Notes under the pieces: model-generated
The model's database searches: none
The model's input: the letters and a program-made list of their open reading frames with translations, nothing else
Told to the model about the DNA's origin: nothing
Assembly (NCBI GenBank): GCA_041287245.1
Contig: JBEULP010000117.1
Span: 289,867 to 353,866, forward strand
DNA: 64,000 nt
Source of the DNA: Infirmifilum sp.
GTDB lineage: Archaea > Thermoproteota > Thermoprotei > Thermofilales > Thermofilaceae
Reading direction: 5' to 3'
Shown here: positions 20,951 to 29,904 of the stretch, in pieces
Numbering within the stretch: position 1 is the stretch's first letter
Layout: each line of letters opens with the position of its first letter
Position numbers and translations under genes: made by a program

Positions 20951-21090
20951 CATTCAACAAGCAGCAAAGGATCCAATAATTTTTTCCGGGCTCAGTCGGG
21001 TAAGACCAGATATCATTGCAAACTTTTCTCAGAAATTATCAACATGTTTTTATGATTCCTGATCATAGGCTTCACGCCAAGGTGAGAAAA

Positions 21091-22059
21091 ATGAAAACTC
21101 AAACTCAAATTCTAGTAGGCGAGAGCCTCCAACTCGATGTTTTCTCCTCCCTCTCAACCTCCGAGAAAAAACATGTTCTATCCATCTTCTCTGAAACCCT
21201 ACGGGCTTTAACAACATCCTATCTCCAAAGGGGATTCCTATGGCTACTACCCGTTATAACAAGTAAAGCTACAGACCCCCTATGGCCCGACCCTGGAGCA
21301 AGCATTGAAACTCGTCCTGAAATTGAAATCTACGGCGAAAAGGTAAAGCTTACACAGAGCATGATTCTGCACAAACAGGTTCTCGTAGCTTCAGGCTATG
21401 AAAAGATATTCGTACTCTCCCCGAACATACGCATTGAAAAGCGTGAACGCGCCGCTACTGGAAGACACGCATACGAGTTCACGCAACTCGATTTTGAAGT
21501 AAAGGAGGCTAAACGAGAAGATATTTTTAAGCTCGTCGAGGGCGTCATATCAGAGCTTTTCGAGCATTTGGAGGACTGTTGCTTAAAACATTTCAAGGAG
21601 TTAGGGGTTGAGCTTGAAAAACCATCCACGCCGTTTAAGGTTTATCGGAGACAGGAGCTTGAAGAGACATATGGAAAAGACTGGGAGGCGCAGATCTCTC
21701 TTTCCAGTGATAATCCTGTCTGGATTATAGATATCCCGCGAGAGTTCTACGACTTTGAGGACTTCACAACCGGGGAGTGGCGTAACTACGATCTTATACT
21801 CCCAGAAGGGTATGGAGAGGTCTTGTCCGGTGCTGAGCGGGAATGGCAATATGAGAAAATTGTATATAAAATGGGTAGAGACAGGGTTCCCCCGGACTCG
21901 TACAGGTACTACCTTGATCTCGCTAGAAAGGGTTTATTAGTTCCTAGCGCCGGAGCAGGCATCGGGGTCGAAAGGCTTGTTACTTGGCTGACTAAAAGAT
22001 CTCATATTGCGGAAATCCAGGCGTTTCCACGCATCCCAGGGCTTGTCACACCCTTTTAA
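21091..22059 (+). CDS. asnA: Archaeal asparagine synthetase (AsnRS2-type, aaRS class II core without anticodon domain)
   Basis: TDPLWPD, LTQSMILHKQ, SPNIRIE, HAYEFTQLDFE, EVLSGAERE, GAGIGVERL; SD GGTGA before ATG 21091. Confidence 0.9.
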   Translation: MKTQTQILVGESLQLDVFSSLSTSEKKHVLSIFSETLRALTTSYLQRGFLWLLPVITSKATDPLWPDPGASIETRPEIEIYGEKVKLTQSMILHKQVLVASGYEKIFVLSPNIRIEKRERAATGRHAYEFTQLDFEVKEAKREDIFKLVEGVISELFEHLEDCCLKHFKELGVELEKPSTPFKVYRRQELEETYGKDWEAQISLSSDNPVWIIDIPREFYDFEDFTTGEWRNYDLILPEGYGEVLSGAEREWQYEKIVYKMGRDRVPPDSYRYYLDLARKGLLVPSAGAGIGVERLVTWLTKRSHIAEIQAFPRIPGLVTPF

Positions 22060-22724
22060 GCCTGCAAAAATACTTTAACTATTTTTTCTGGTATGTCCGT
22101 TATTATATAATCCACGCCAAGCTGCGCCAACCATCTAGCCTTGGCTATATCGTTCACAACCCAGACAGCCACTTTATAACCTACAGAGCGCATCTCCTCA
22201 ACTAACTCCTTATCCACGAACTCAATGTTTATGGATAAACCGTCCGCACCAGCGAGCTCCACCTCTTTCACAGGGTTCGCCGGACGGTAGTCAACGTTAC
22301 CAAGCATGGCAGTTATGCTGCTATAGCCTTCCTTGACTCTGCGGAGCATGTTATGGAAACCCGTGCTTACTATCACCTCCTTGACACCACTGGACAATGC
22401 TCTCTCGACCGCTTCTCTCTCGAACCCCCGGCTCTTAACATCGAGCCACACACCGGCTCTCCCATTGATTATTTTAAGGTACTCTTCAAGCGTTGAGGGC
22501 TTAAAGATAGGGTCTCTCCCATCTATGAGGAGATAGCCGTAGCTCATTATAAGGCTTCTAACTCCTGTACCACCAACATGGAAACCATGTCTTACGACAA
22601 GATTTCCCCTGTCTTCCCTAACGTCAAACTCTATGATCTTCAGGTTAAGTTCCAGGAATCTCAGCAGCAGGCTTTTCTTGTTAGCCTTATGTCCAACCAC
22701 CACAGGCGTATGTGATGGCATCAT
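22056..22724 (-). CDS. Glycerophosphodiester phosphodiesterase family
   Basis: VGHK, IEFDV, VRH, WVVND, GVDYIITD. Confidence 0.87.
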   Translation of the reverse strand: MMPSHTPVVVGHKANKKSLLLRFLELNLKIIEFDVREDRGNLVVRHGFHVGGTGVRSLIMSYGYLLIDGRDPIFKPSTLEEYLKIINGRAGVWLDVKSRGFEREAVERALSSGVKEVIVSTGFHNMLRRVKEGYSSITAMLGNVDYRPANPVKEVELAGADGLSINIEFVDKELVEEMRSVGYKVAVWVVNDIAKARWLAQLGVDYIITDIPEKIVKVFLQA

Positions 22725-22780
22725 ATTATGTGAATGTCTTTGCCATAGATATGACTGTTATGTTCTAACGACTCGTATTT

Positions 22781-23674
22781 TTAGGAGAGGTCTAGTATAT
22801 CCTTTAAAAGGACAATTATATTTTCTAGGTTTTTATACACCTCGGTCGGCAAGCCTTTGCCGTTGTTTTCTAGTCTTTCTATAAGGTTTCGGTACAACGC
22901 GAGGATTTCTGAGCGTGAAGAGTCCTCGCCTCCGAGCGCTATTGATATAACGCTCCTCTGGAACCTCGAGAGAGCTTCATACATTCCAGGGTCGATCCTG
23001 CATTGGCAGGGGCTATTACGGATTAAAAGTTCAAGAAGATCTCCAATGTTCTCAAGATTTCTCACAATAACTCTAATGTCTACTAGTCGGAGTTTCTCTG
23101 AACTTGGAACAGAAGGATCTGAAACCCTGCTCCTAATTATCCTAACTGCAAGAAAGTATAGCCTGTCGATAATGTCTTCCATTGCGAGAATTTTATCCGT
23201 AGTGGAAACATCAGTTCTCTCAAACGCCTGAAAAACCAGCTTCATCATGGCTAAGGTGATGGAGCTCATCCTCTGAACAATCGAGTAAAGATCATAGTCA
23301 GGCCTGATGAAGCATTGCAGTGTCACTAAACCCGTCTCTTCGCCTACGAGCTCTAAACCTAGGAGCAGCTGCTTTACACGTTCCGCTACACGCATAACCT
23401 CGTCGCGGCACTCCGGAGAAGTAGACACTTCTATCACCTCATACCCTCGCAGGTACGCCGATATAATGCTACGATAAAGGTCGTCTCCACACCTGAGCCT
23501 TATCACCTTCTTCTCCTCATTCTTCTCCTCTCTGAAGGGTATGATATGTAATGAACCATCTTCTCCCACCGTTACGGCAACAACGCCGTTCTCGCCTACC
23601 CTATCGAGAACCCAGGTTTTAGGGAGCGCTACATAAAAACTACCTCCAATCTTAACTATTCTCCGAGCTTCCAC
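22781..23674 (-). CDS. phoU: AbrB-PhoU phosphate uptake regulator
   Basis: RRIVKIGGSFYVALPKTW N-terminus, SAYLRGY, IDRLYF, LENIGD. Confidence 0.88.
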   Translation of the reverse strand: MEARRIVKIGGSFYVALPKTWVLDRVGENGVVAVTVGEDGSLHIIPFREEKNEEKKVIRLRCGDDLYRSIISAYLRGYEVIEVSTSPECRDEVMRVAERVKQLLLGLELVGEETGLVTLQCFIRPDYDLYSIVQRMSSITLAMMKLVFQAFERTDVSTTDKILAMEDIIDRLYFLAVRIIRSRVSDPSVPSSEKLRLVDIRVIVRNLENIGDLLELLIRNSPCQCRIDPGMYEALSRFQRSVISIALGGEDSSRSEILALYRNLIERLENNGKGLPTEVYKNLENIIVLLKDILDLS

Positions 23675-23783
23675 GTATACACAGTATTTAACTTGTTAAA
23701 TAAATCTTACATTAGTTATGAGTGTTTAGTTGAGGATATGGTAGGAATAGGAAAGTATATTAGAGACAGATACCGGGGAAAAA

Positions 23784-24269
23784 TTGAGGCCCGTGCTAGA
23801 GCGGTGGAAATCTTCACTCCTGGTTTTTACTTTCCTACTCTATGTTTTAATTCTTCCACCGCTGGAAGTTCTCAGCAAGGTTTTCCAATATCCACGTGAA
23901 GGTGTCTTCATAATCATAAGAAGTCCCCGGGGGATCCTTGTGCAGCCCAAAGCTCGGGGAGAAATCATACGTTTAGCCTTCATCTGGGGTTATCAGGCTG
24001 GTCTGAAACTCACCTCTCATGGACAGCTTCTTAAATATGTGCTCTTCGGGGATAGTAAGGGCTATATCTTAAGCTTATCACTCTCGCTGAAAAGCTTTTT
24101 GGAGTCGAAGGGGTACAAAGTAAACGTAAAACTTCGAGAACTCCTGGGAGGTGAGATCACTGCGGTTATGGAGGTGAGAAGAAGAAACCTGTTTTTACAA
24201 ATATATGATTTTATTAAATGTTTTCGAGGCTCCTCCAAAACTACTCTAGAGCAAACCCTAAGTGACTGA
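23784..24269 (+). CDS. Hypothetical protein with N-terminal hydrophobic segment (start uncertain)
   Basis: 161-codon ORF filling the gap between divergent and convergent neighbours. Confidence 0.55.
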   Translation: MRPVLERWKSSLLVFTFLLYVLILPPLEVLSKVFQYPREGVFIIIRSPRGILVQPKARGEIIRLAFIWGYQAGLKLTSHGQLLKYVLFGDSKGYILSLSLSLKSFLESKGYKVNVKLRELLGGEITAVMEVRRRNLFLQIYDFIKCFRGSSKTTLEQTLSD

Positions 24270-24282
24270 GAAAACCCGTTTC

Positions 24283-24885
24283 TTAGGACTTTTTAACTAT
24301 GTATATTTTCGAGCCGACAAGCTGGTTATTAGGTATGAGTGCCAGTGTCCCATCGTCCTTCTTTATCAGCGAGAAAAGTGTAGATATATCCTCTATATAC
24401 CCTTGTTCTCCAGCCACGTTGACGTAGTCTCCAATTTTTACCGGCCTTACGAGTAATAGGAAGAGCCCAGCCATAGCCTGTCCCAGGATCTGTTGTGTAG
24501 CATAGCCTATTATCATTCCTATAAAGCCTCCTAGGGCAACCCCAGCCGCCCCACCCGCGGCACCCCCTGCTATACCAGCGGCGAGCGCGCCGATCCCCAT
24601 TATTGTGAAAATGCTTTTAACAGCTGCGGCTGTGCTGTGAGGGTGGCGTAGGCGGAGCATCCAGTAAACAAGGGTTGAGAATGATTTTACGATCATGTAG
24701 CCGAAGAACAGTGCAAGACCTATGCCTATGTAGGTAGAATATGGGTCGATGATGGACTTGAATCCAGGTATAATTGAGGGTAGGGTTGCGAAAATAATAG
24801 CATTGACCAAGATGTATACAACTATCCACATTATTAGCTTGAACATGCTATTTCTTATGTGAAGGGAGATATTTTCCTGTGACAC
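24283..24885 (-). CDS. mscS: Small mechanosensitive channel (MscS family)
   Basis: Gly/Ala-rich TM3, RPVKIGDYV, IPNNQL; GTG 24885 preferred over ORF-track 25062. Confidence 0.85.
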   Translation of the reverse strand: MSQENISLHIRNSMFKLIMWIVVYILVNAIIFATLPSIIPGFKSIIDPYSTYIGIGLALFFGYMIVKSFSTLVYWMLRLRHPHSTAAAVKSIFTIMGIGALAAGIAGGAAGGAAGVALGGFIGMIIGYATQQILGQAMAGLFLLLVRPVKIGDYVNVAGEQGYIEDISTLFSLIKKDDGTLALIPNNQLVGSKIYIVKKS

Positions 24886-25182
24886 GTGATAAAAAGGAGG
24901 TGTAAAATGTAAAGATTTTAGTTCAAACAATGATATTTCTAGTCGACAATAAGAAACATGGCTCAGCGGTCCGCTTGACGCAACCAAGTTCTGGTCTACA
25001 TCTCTACGACGGTGCATCGACCATGGGTCTTCCCCTAGACAACTAGGCTCCTCCTTGGCCAAAGGTTATCTAGTGACCCTATACTGCGCCATAACCCTTA
25101 TCTTTAAAAACTTGTACGGCGTAAGAGCCTAGTGTTATTGCAACGATAACAGTTTAATAACAGGATATGTTCTAAGATTGAT

Positions 25183-25875
25183 ATGAGGACTCTCTTAGTA
25201 TTCACGTTTATTACTCTACTCATTGTACCGTTTGTGTCTGCACAGTGCATTGAACCCTTAGACGCTAGGGCGTTCGAGGTGGTGCTTAACTGTGGGCATG
25301 TGCTGGTTAACCCGTCGAAGCTTCAAGCGTGCACGCAGGTGGCGCATATTAGCGAATACGTCTTTGCCTACAAGAGCGGCTATGACAAAAGATTTGCAGT
25401 CATTATAAGCCTCCAAGAACTACGAGGCTCCAACTATAGGTACCCGTGTATCAGGATACAGTTCCTTAATGAATCACTAGCCGGGGTGAGCCGTGAAGAT
25501 CTAAGGAGGGTTTTAGACATGGAACTGGACAGGTTGTGTAGTGAAGGCATACTTATAGGCTTAAACGAGAGTCTCAAGGCAAAGATATTAACATACGCCG
25601 ATTTCGGACTTGCGGGTTGGGATAGGAGGCTTGTGTGGGACAACGGAGATTTTAAACCATTCAATGAATCTTCTCTATACTACCCCCCTAGAGGCTGTCT
25701 TGTGCCTCAAATATCCGACTATTCAACATTGCCGACTTGGAGCGGCTCACAGGAAGCCACGGCTCTTTTACTCATTCTCCTCCTTCTCACAGGCCTACTT
25801 CTCCTCGTGGGAGTATACACGCTAAGGAGGAAAAATTTATCTAGGAAGGCAAGCTCTATTAGTGGAGGAAAATGA
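25183..25875 (+). CDS. Cys-rich surface protein with signal peptide and C-terminal TM anchor
   Basis: Signal peptide, several Cys, GLAGWDRRLVW; resembles Thermococcales heavy-Cys surface proteins (from memory). Confidence 0.7.
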   Translation: MRTLLVFTFITLLIVPFVSAQCIEPLDARAFEVVLNCGHVLVNPSKLQACTQVAHISEYVFAYKSGYDKRFAVIISLQELRGSNYRYPCIRIQFLNESLAGVSREDLRRVLDMELDRLCSEGILIGLNESLKAKILTYADFGLAGWDRRLVWDNGDFKPFNESSLYYPPRGCLVPQISDYSTLPTWSGSQEATALLLILLLLTGLLLLVGVYTLRRKNLSRKASSISGGK

Positions 25876-26387
25876 TAGAAGTTTTAGGGTTTTGGGACTC
25901 GGTTCTTTTCGTGTTAATAGGCGTTTTCACCGCCCTTTGGGGTACTCGCCTTGCCCGTCTAACAGCATCTCTTGTCTTTGGTTTTTCCCTAGGCTACATC
26001 TTTTACGCGTATACCACTCCTACCTTGAAGGCAACCCTTACCCCTCTTGTTCTTTTTCTCCTCGGCTTTATTGTAGGTGGAATGATAGGCTTTGCAGCCT
26101 TCAAAATTGTAGTATCTCTCCTAACAGGATACATACTTACAGACCTCCTGGTAGCCACTGGTTATATTGCCAATAAAGAGACAGCTCTTGTGGTTCTCTC
26201 ACTGGCCTTCGCGGCCATCTTATATGCATTAATGGATAAGATTCTAGCGTTTGGTTTTTCGGCTCTGGGAGCTGGATTAGTCTACATGGGACTGGCCTCC
26301 GCCGGAGTAAACCCTCAAATCTCCTTACTGGTTGGAGCTCTCCTCTTCATAATAGGCCTGGTAAACCAAACAAAAGGTCTCTTCTAA
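25872..26387 (+). CDS. Small Gly-rich polytopic membrane protein
   Basis: Hydrophobic; ATGA... overlap with upstream gene. Confidence 0.75.
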   Translation: MIEVLGFWDSVLFVLIGVFTALWGTRLARLTASLVFGFSLGYIFYAYTTPTLKATLTPLVLFLLGFIVGGMIGFAAFKIVVSLLTGYILTDLLVATGYIANKETALVVLSLAFAAILYALMDKILAFGFSALGAGLVYMGLASAGVNPQISLLVGALLFIIGLVNQTKGLF

Positions 26388-26561
26388 CGCGTCGAGTTAA
26401 TCCCTGTGTGCCTTAAGGGGCTCTTTGAAACAACATAACGTTACGCCAATTAATTCTTTTAGTCCTGGGCTCGCAGGGGCAGCTCAGATTTATTCTCACG
26501 GCCCTGGGCACGCATGATTTCCTATGTAAAAATTTTTTAGAAAGTATTTTACTTTAAAGAT

Positions 26562-28358
26562 GTGAACACGAGTTATTCGAAGATAATTCCCAATGTGGAG
26601 GAGCTAACACCACAGCTTTTCCGAGAGACGTTTAAACGCATCGTCGAGTTAAAGACCCGAGCGGGGCTAAAAGCAATCTTAGACAACCCTTCGGATCTCC
26701 GTGAGAGGGCAAGACAATACGCCACCGAGTATAGCAACAATGCCCTCGGCTGGGCCAGCAACATATGGAGCAGATCGGCTGCAAACACTGTAATCATAAA
26801 CAGCGACGACGAGCTTAAACCAGAGCACAAGCAATTAATGCTTAGAGTCCTAGAGCATATCCTAGCCCAAGGTCCTCTGATAAAAGTGGATGGTTACTAT
26901 GGTCGCCCGGGAACAAAGGTTCAAATGCACACCCGAGTATACGTCGACCCGCAGTTTCCAGACCTGGCGTACAGGTGGAAACAGCTTGTCTTTCCAGCCC
27001 CCTCCGACGGGCAGCCAGACGCCGAGCTTTTCGTGATACCTCACTACCTCGGCAACCCATTCATACCCGGCACGAACAGGTTAATGGCTATTCTAGTATT
27101 TCCGCACCACAACCTATCAATAATAACCCTCTCAAGCTATCAAGGCGAGATCAAGAAAGGCGCTCTAAGACACTGGATCTTCCACGCTTACAAGAAAGGT
27201 TGCACAGGTGAGCACGCCGCGCTTAGAGAATTCACCGTGAAGACTGTGAACGAAGAGTGGAGAAGAATCACGCTCGTCATCTGGGGACTGACAGGCTCAG
27301 GGAAATCCACTCATGGCTTTTATACCTGGACAGAGAGAAACGCCCCAATCTACGTGGATAAATTCGGGGTCAACCCACTTGAGTACGTCAGGGATCAGAA
27401 GATTAGAAATGACGACATCGTTGCGATTTGTGAAGACCGTGTGTACGGCTCGGAGAGGGGTGCTTGGGTTAAAACAGAGGATCTTACCCCTGAGCAGGAG
27501 GCTATGTGGAAAGCTTGCATAAGCCCGAGAGCACTTCACGAGAACACCGAGTTTGACAGCCAGGGACTCCCCAGCTTCGAGGGTGTTCTGTTCCAGTATT
27601 TCGGAATGCCTAACAGGAACGCCAGGTCTGTGGTCTATCTCGACGACACGGGCTACTTCGACGGCCAGGTCGACTCAGACGGTCCTATGAATACAGCCGT
27701 GTTCCTCTCCCCAGGATACTTCACAGACTATGCGTGGGTCAAGTTGAACACGCCGGAAATCATAGCCAAGGCTCTGGCCGACGGGAGGACCGTTGGTCAC
27801 CCTGCACAGGCAAGGGAGCTCGTCGGTAAAGTCAGATTCGTCCCACGCTACTCGGAGTTTACCATAGGCGTTGGAGACGATGCCCATGTTATAAGGTTCT
27901 ACGAGTTTCTGAGAAGGTGGGAAGAGAGGGGGCACAAAGTAGATGTTTATATGTGGAATACTACTGGAAGGATTGTCGCCCAGTATAGATGGGGGGAAGT
28001 TAAGGTCGGCGACAGGACTCTTAAAATGCCTGAGCCGGTTCTACAGATGCGGGACGGGGTGCCTAAACCTGTCGGGGGAACGAGGCCGGCGATTGAGGAG
28101 ACAGAGTTTTTCCTGCTTCAGGCCACCAGGGGCGCGGTTAAGTGGAAACCTCATCCCGTTTGGGGCGAGAGAGTACTTGTACCTGCGGAAGTACCAGGGA
28201 TACCTTCGGATAGGCTGAGAGAGCTTGACCCCACTAACTATCTCTCAATGGATGAGTTCCGGGAATTGCTATGGGCACAGGTGGAGTATAGCAAAATAGT
28301 GTTACAGCAGCTTGGGCTTAAACTGCCGGAGGAAATCCTACACGCGATGGATTTCTAA
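26562..28358 (+). CDS. pckA: Phosphoenolpyruvate carboxykinase, ATP-type fold
   Basis: YQGEIKKG, EHAA, GLTGSGKST, NDD, SERGAWVKT, NARS. Confidence 0.82.
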   Translation: MNTSYSKIIPNVEELTPQLFRETFKRIVELKTRAGLKAILDNPSDLRERARQYATEYSNNALGWASNIWSRSAANTVIINSDDELKPEHKQLMLRVLEHILAQGPLIKVDGYYGRPGTKVQMHTRVYVDPQFPDLAYRWKQLVFPAPSDGQPDAELFVIPHYLGNPFIPGTNRLMAILVFPHHNLSIITLSSYQGEIKKGALRHWIFHAYKKGCTGEHAALREFTVKTVNEEWRRITLVIWGLTGSGKSTHGFYTWTERNAPIYVDKFGVNPLEYVRDQKIRNDDIVAICEDRVYGSERGAWVKTEDLTPEQEAMWKACISPRALHENTEFDSQGLPSFEGVLFQYFGMPNRNARSVVYLDDTGYFDGQVDSDGPMNTAVFLSPGYFTDYAWVKLNTPEIIAKALADGRTVGHPAQARELVGKVRFVPRYSEFTIGVGDDAHVIRFYEFLRRWEERGHKVDVYMWNTTGRIVAQYRWGEVKVGDRTLKMPEPVLQMRDGVPKPVGGTRPAIEETEFFLLQATRGAVKWKPHPVWGERVLVPAEVPGIPSDRLRELDPTNYLSMDEFRELLWAQVEYSKIVLQQLGLKLPEEILHAMDF

Positions 28359-28404
28359 TCTCGAAGAGAGAAATTTTAATGTTGGAATCAATCTACATAA
28401 AGAT

Positions 28405-28941
28405 ATGAAAGCGCGGGAACTAGCCTTAGCAAGCGTTATAGCAGCGCTCTACGCCATTACAGTCTACCTGTTCCCGATGATCTCTTTCCTCCTATGGCAG
28501 GTAAGAATCGCAGATGCCTTAATGCCTCTTTCGATGACCCTAGGTTATCCTGCTGTTTTGGGTCTAACCATAGGGTGTTTTCTCGGAAACATCCTCGCCG
28601 CCCCCTGGGGCTCGTCTTTTCTTAACTTTTTAGATGCAACCCTTGGGAGCCTCATAAACCTTGTAGCAGGGTGGTTAGGCTACAAGCTCGGCTACAGGGC
28701 GGAAAGAAGGAGGCGGGTAACTGTAGCCCTGGCACAGGCGATAATCGTATCTGTGGGGGTTGGAAGTTACCTCAAGTACTTGCTGCTTTGGGCTTTTAAC
28801 ACGGACATCCCATTTCTAATATCGATTCTCGGAGTTCTCCCAGGCTCGTTAATTTCTATAGTGGTAGTGGGGCTTCCGCTTTCACTAGCTGTTCAAAGAG
28901 CACTGGAGGGTTCGGGTGAAAAGCTTTTTTCGAAGGTTTAA
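28405..28941 (+). CDS. queT: QueT-family transporter
   Basis: IAALYA, QVRIADAL, GLTIGCFLGN; ATG 28405. Confidence 0.85.
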   Translation: MKARELALASVIAALYAITVYLFPMISFLLWQVRIADALMPLSMTLGYPAVLGLTIGCFLGNILAAPWGSSFLNFLDATLGSLINLVAGWLGYKLGYRAERRRRVTVALAQAIIVSVGVGSYLKYLLLWAFNTDIPFLISILGVLPGSLISIVVVGLPLSLAVQRALEGSGEKLFSKV

Positions 28942-29007
28942 CAGTTGCTTCCTTGGATACCTGGGAAAAAGTAATGTTATTAGCCGTCTAAGGTTATCTG
29001 AGATGGT

Positions 29008-29868
29008 ATGTCTGTAATTGACTCTACAAGGCCTGTGCGTCTCTCTCTGATACCGAGGTATATCTTCCCGCTTTTAATAATGGGTAGCTGTGCCACAGGC
29101 ATCATAAACGGTATTGCCCTATATATCCCCTTAATTCTACTCGGTCTTTATTCCTTGTTTTCCCTGGAGCTGGGGTGGAGCGAAAGATTCTTTACACTCG
29201 GTTTTTATGTCTATGTGCTGGCACTTTATACTCTCGGCTTCTCAACGCTCATGGACGCTGTATTCCTAGCCTCCCTGATAGTGGCTCCGATAAACCTCGT
29301 TACAGTCGAGGTTGAAAGGCTTTTCTACGAGTACCGTCTCACGCGGAGCTCTCTGGAAATCAGGGGCATAAGGCAAAACTCTTTTCTACCGCGTCTAACT
29401 GTTCAACATGTCCCCCTGTACCTTATCAATGAGGTTAAATTGGGCACGCCATTCCTTGCGCGTCTCTTCAAGCTAAAATACGTAAACGTCTATGTCTGCA
29501 CGCCCACAGGCCCCCTTTCGCTGAGAGGGGTGAGTCAAGGCCCATTCCTCGAAACGCTTTCTCAATTGGTAAAAGAGGTTTCCTTACCTCACGTTACTAG
29601 CAAAACAGCAACGCTACACTCCGCCGGGAAAGGCTTTGATGTAAAGGGTTCCTTCGAACTTGAGTCTGCGCGCGAACCACTCGCAAGGTTCTACCAATTC
29701 CTGATGTACTTCACACATGCTTTCAACGCTACACTCTCACTTTCCAGCGGCGACAGAGCCAACTGGGGGGACTCAACATATAAGCTTAAAAGCGCTGATG
29801 ACACACTTGAACAAAAAGAAGGACAAAGAAAGGGAAAAATGAGAAACCGTATCGAGAGGTTGCTCTAG
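29008..29868 (+). CDS. Membrane protein with bacterial PH-like (bPH_2) domain
   Basis: N-terminal TM helices, then YRLT..LEIRG...VPL..I..V...FLARLF pattern. Confidence 0.6.
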   Translation: MSVIDSTRPVRLSLIPRYIFPLLIMGSCATGIINGIALYIPLILLGLYSLFSLELGWSERFFTLGFYVYVLALYTLGFSTLMDAVFLASLIVAPINLVTVEVERLFYEYRLTRSSLEIRGIRQNSFLPRLTVQHVPLYLINEVKLGTPFLARLFKLKYVNVYVCTPTGPLSLRGVSQGPFLETLSQLVKEVSLPHVTSKTATLHSAGKGFDVKGSFELESAREPLARFYQFLMYFTHAFNATLSLSSGDRANWGDSTYKLKSADDTLEQKEGQRKGKMRNRIERLL

Positions 29869-29904
29869 AGGTGAGGGCTCACGTCAAACATCACCGATGA
29901 AAAG

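Noticed and set aside
24886..25062. N-terminal extension of MscS, and plus-strand GGAGGTG...ATG TAA mini-ORF
   Set aside because: Extension is not MscS-like; the start-stop lies antisense in the mscS promoter and is likely chance
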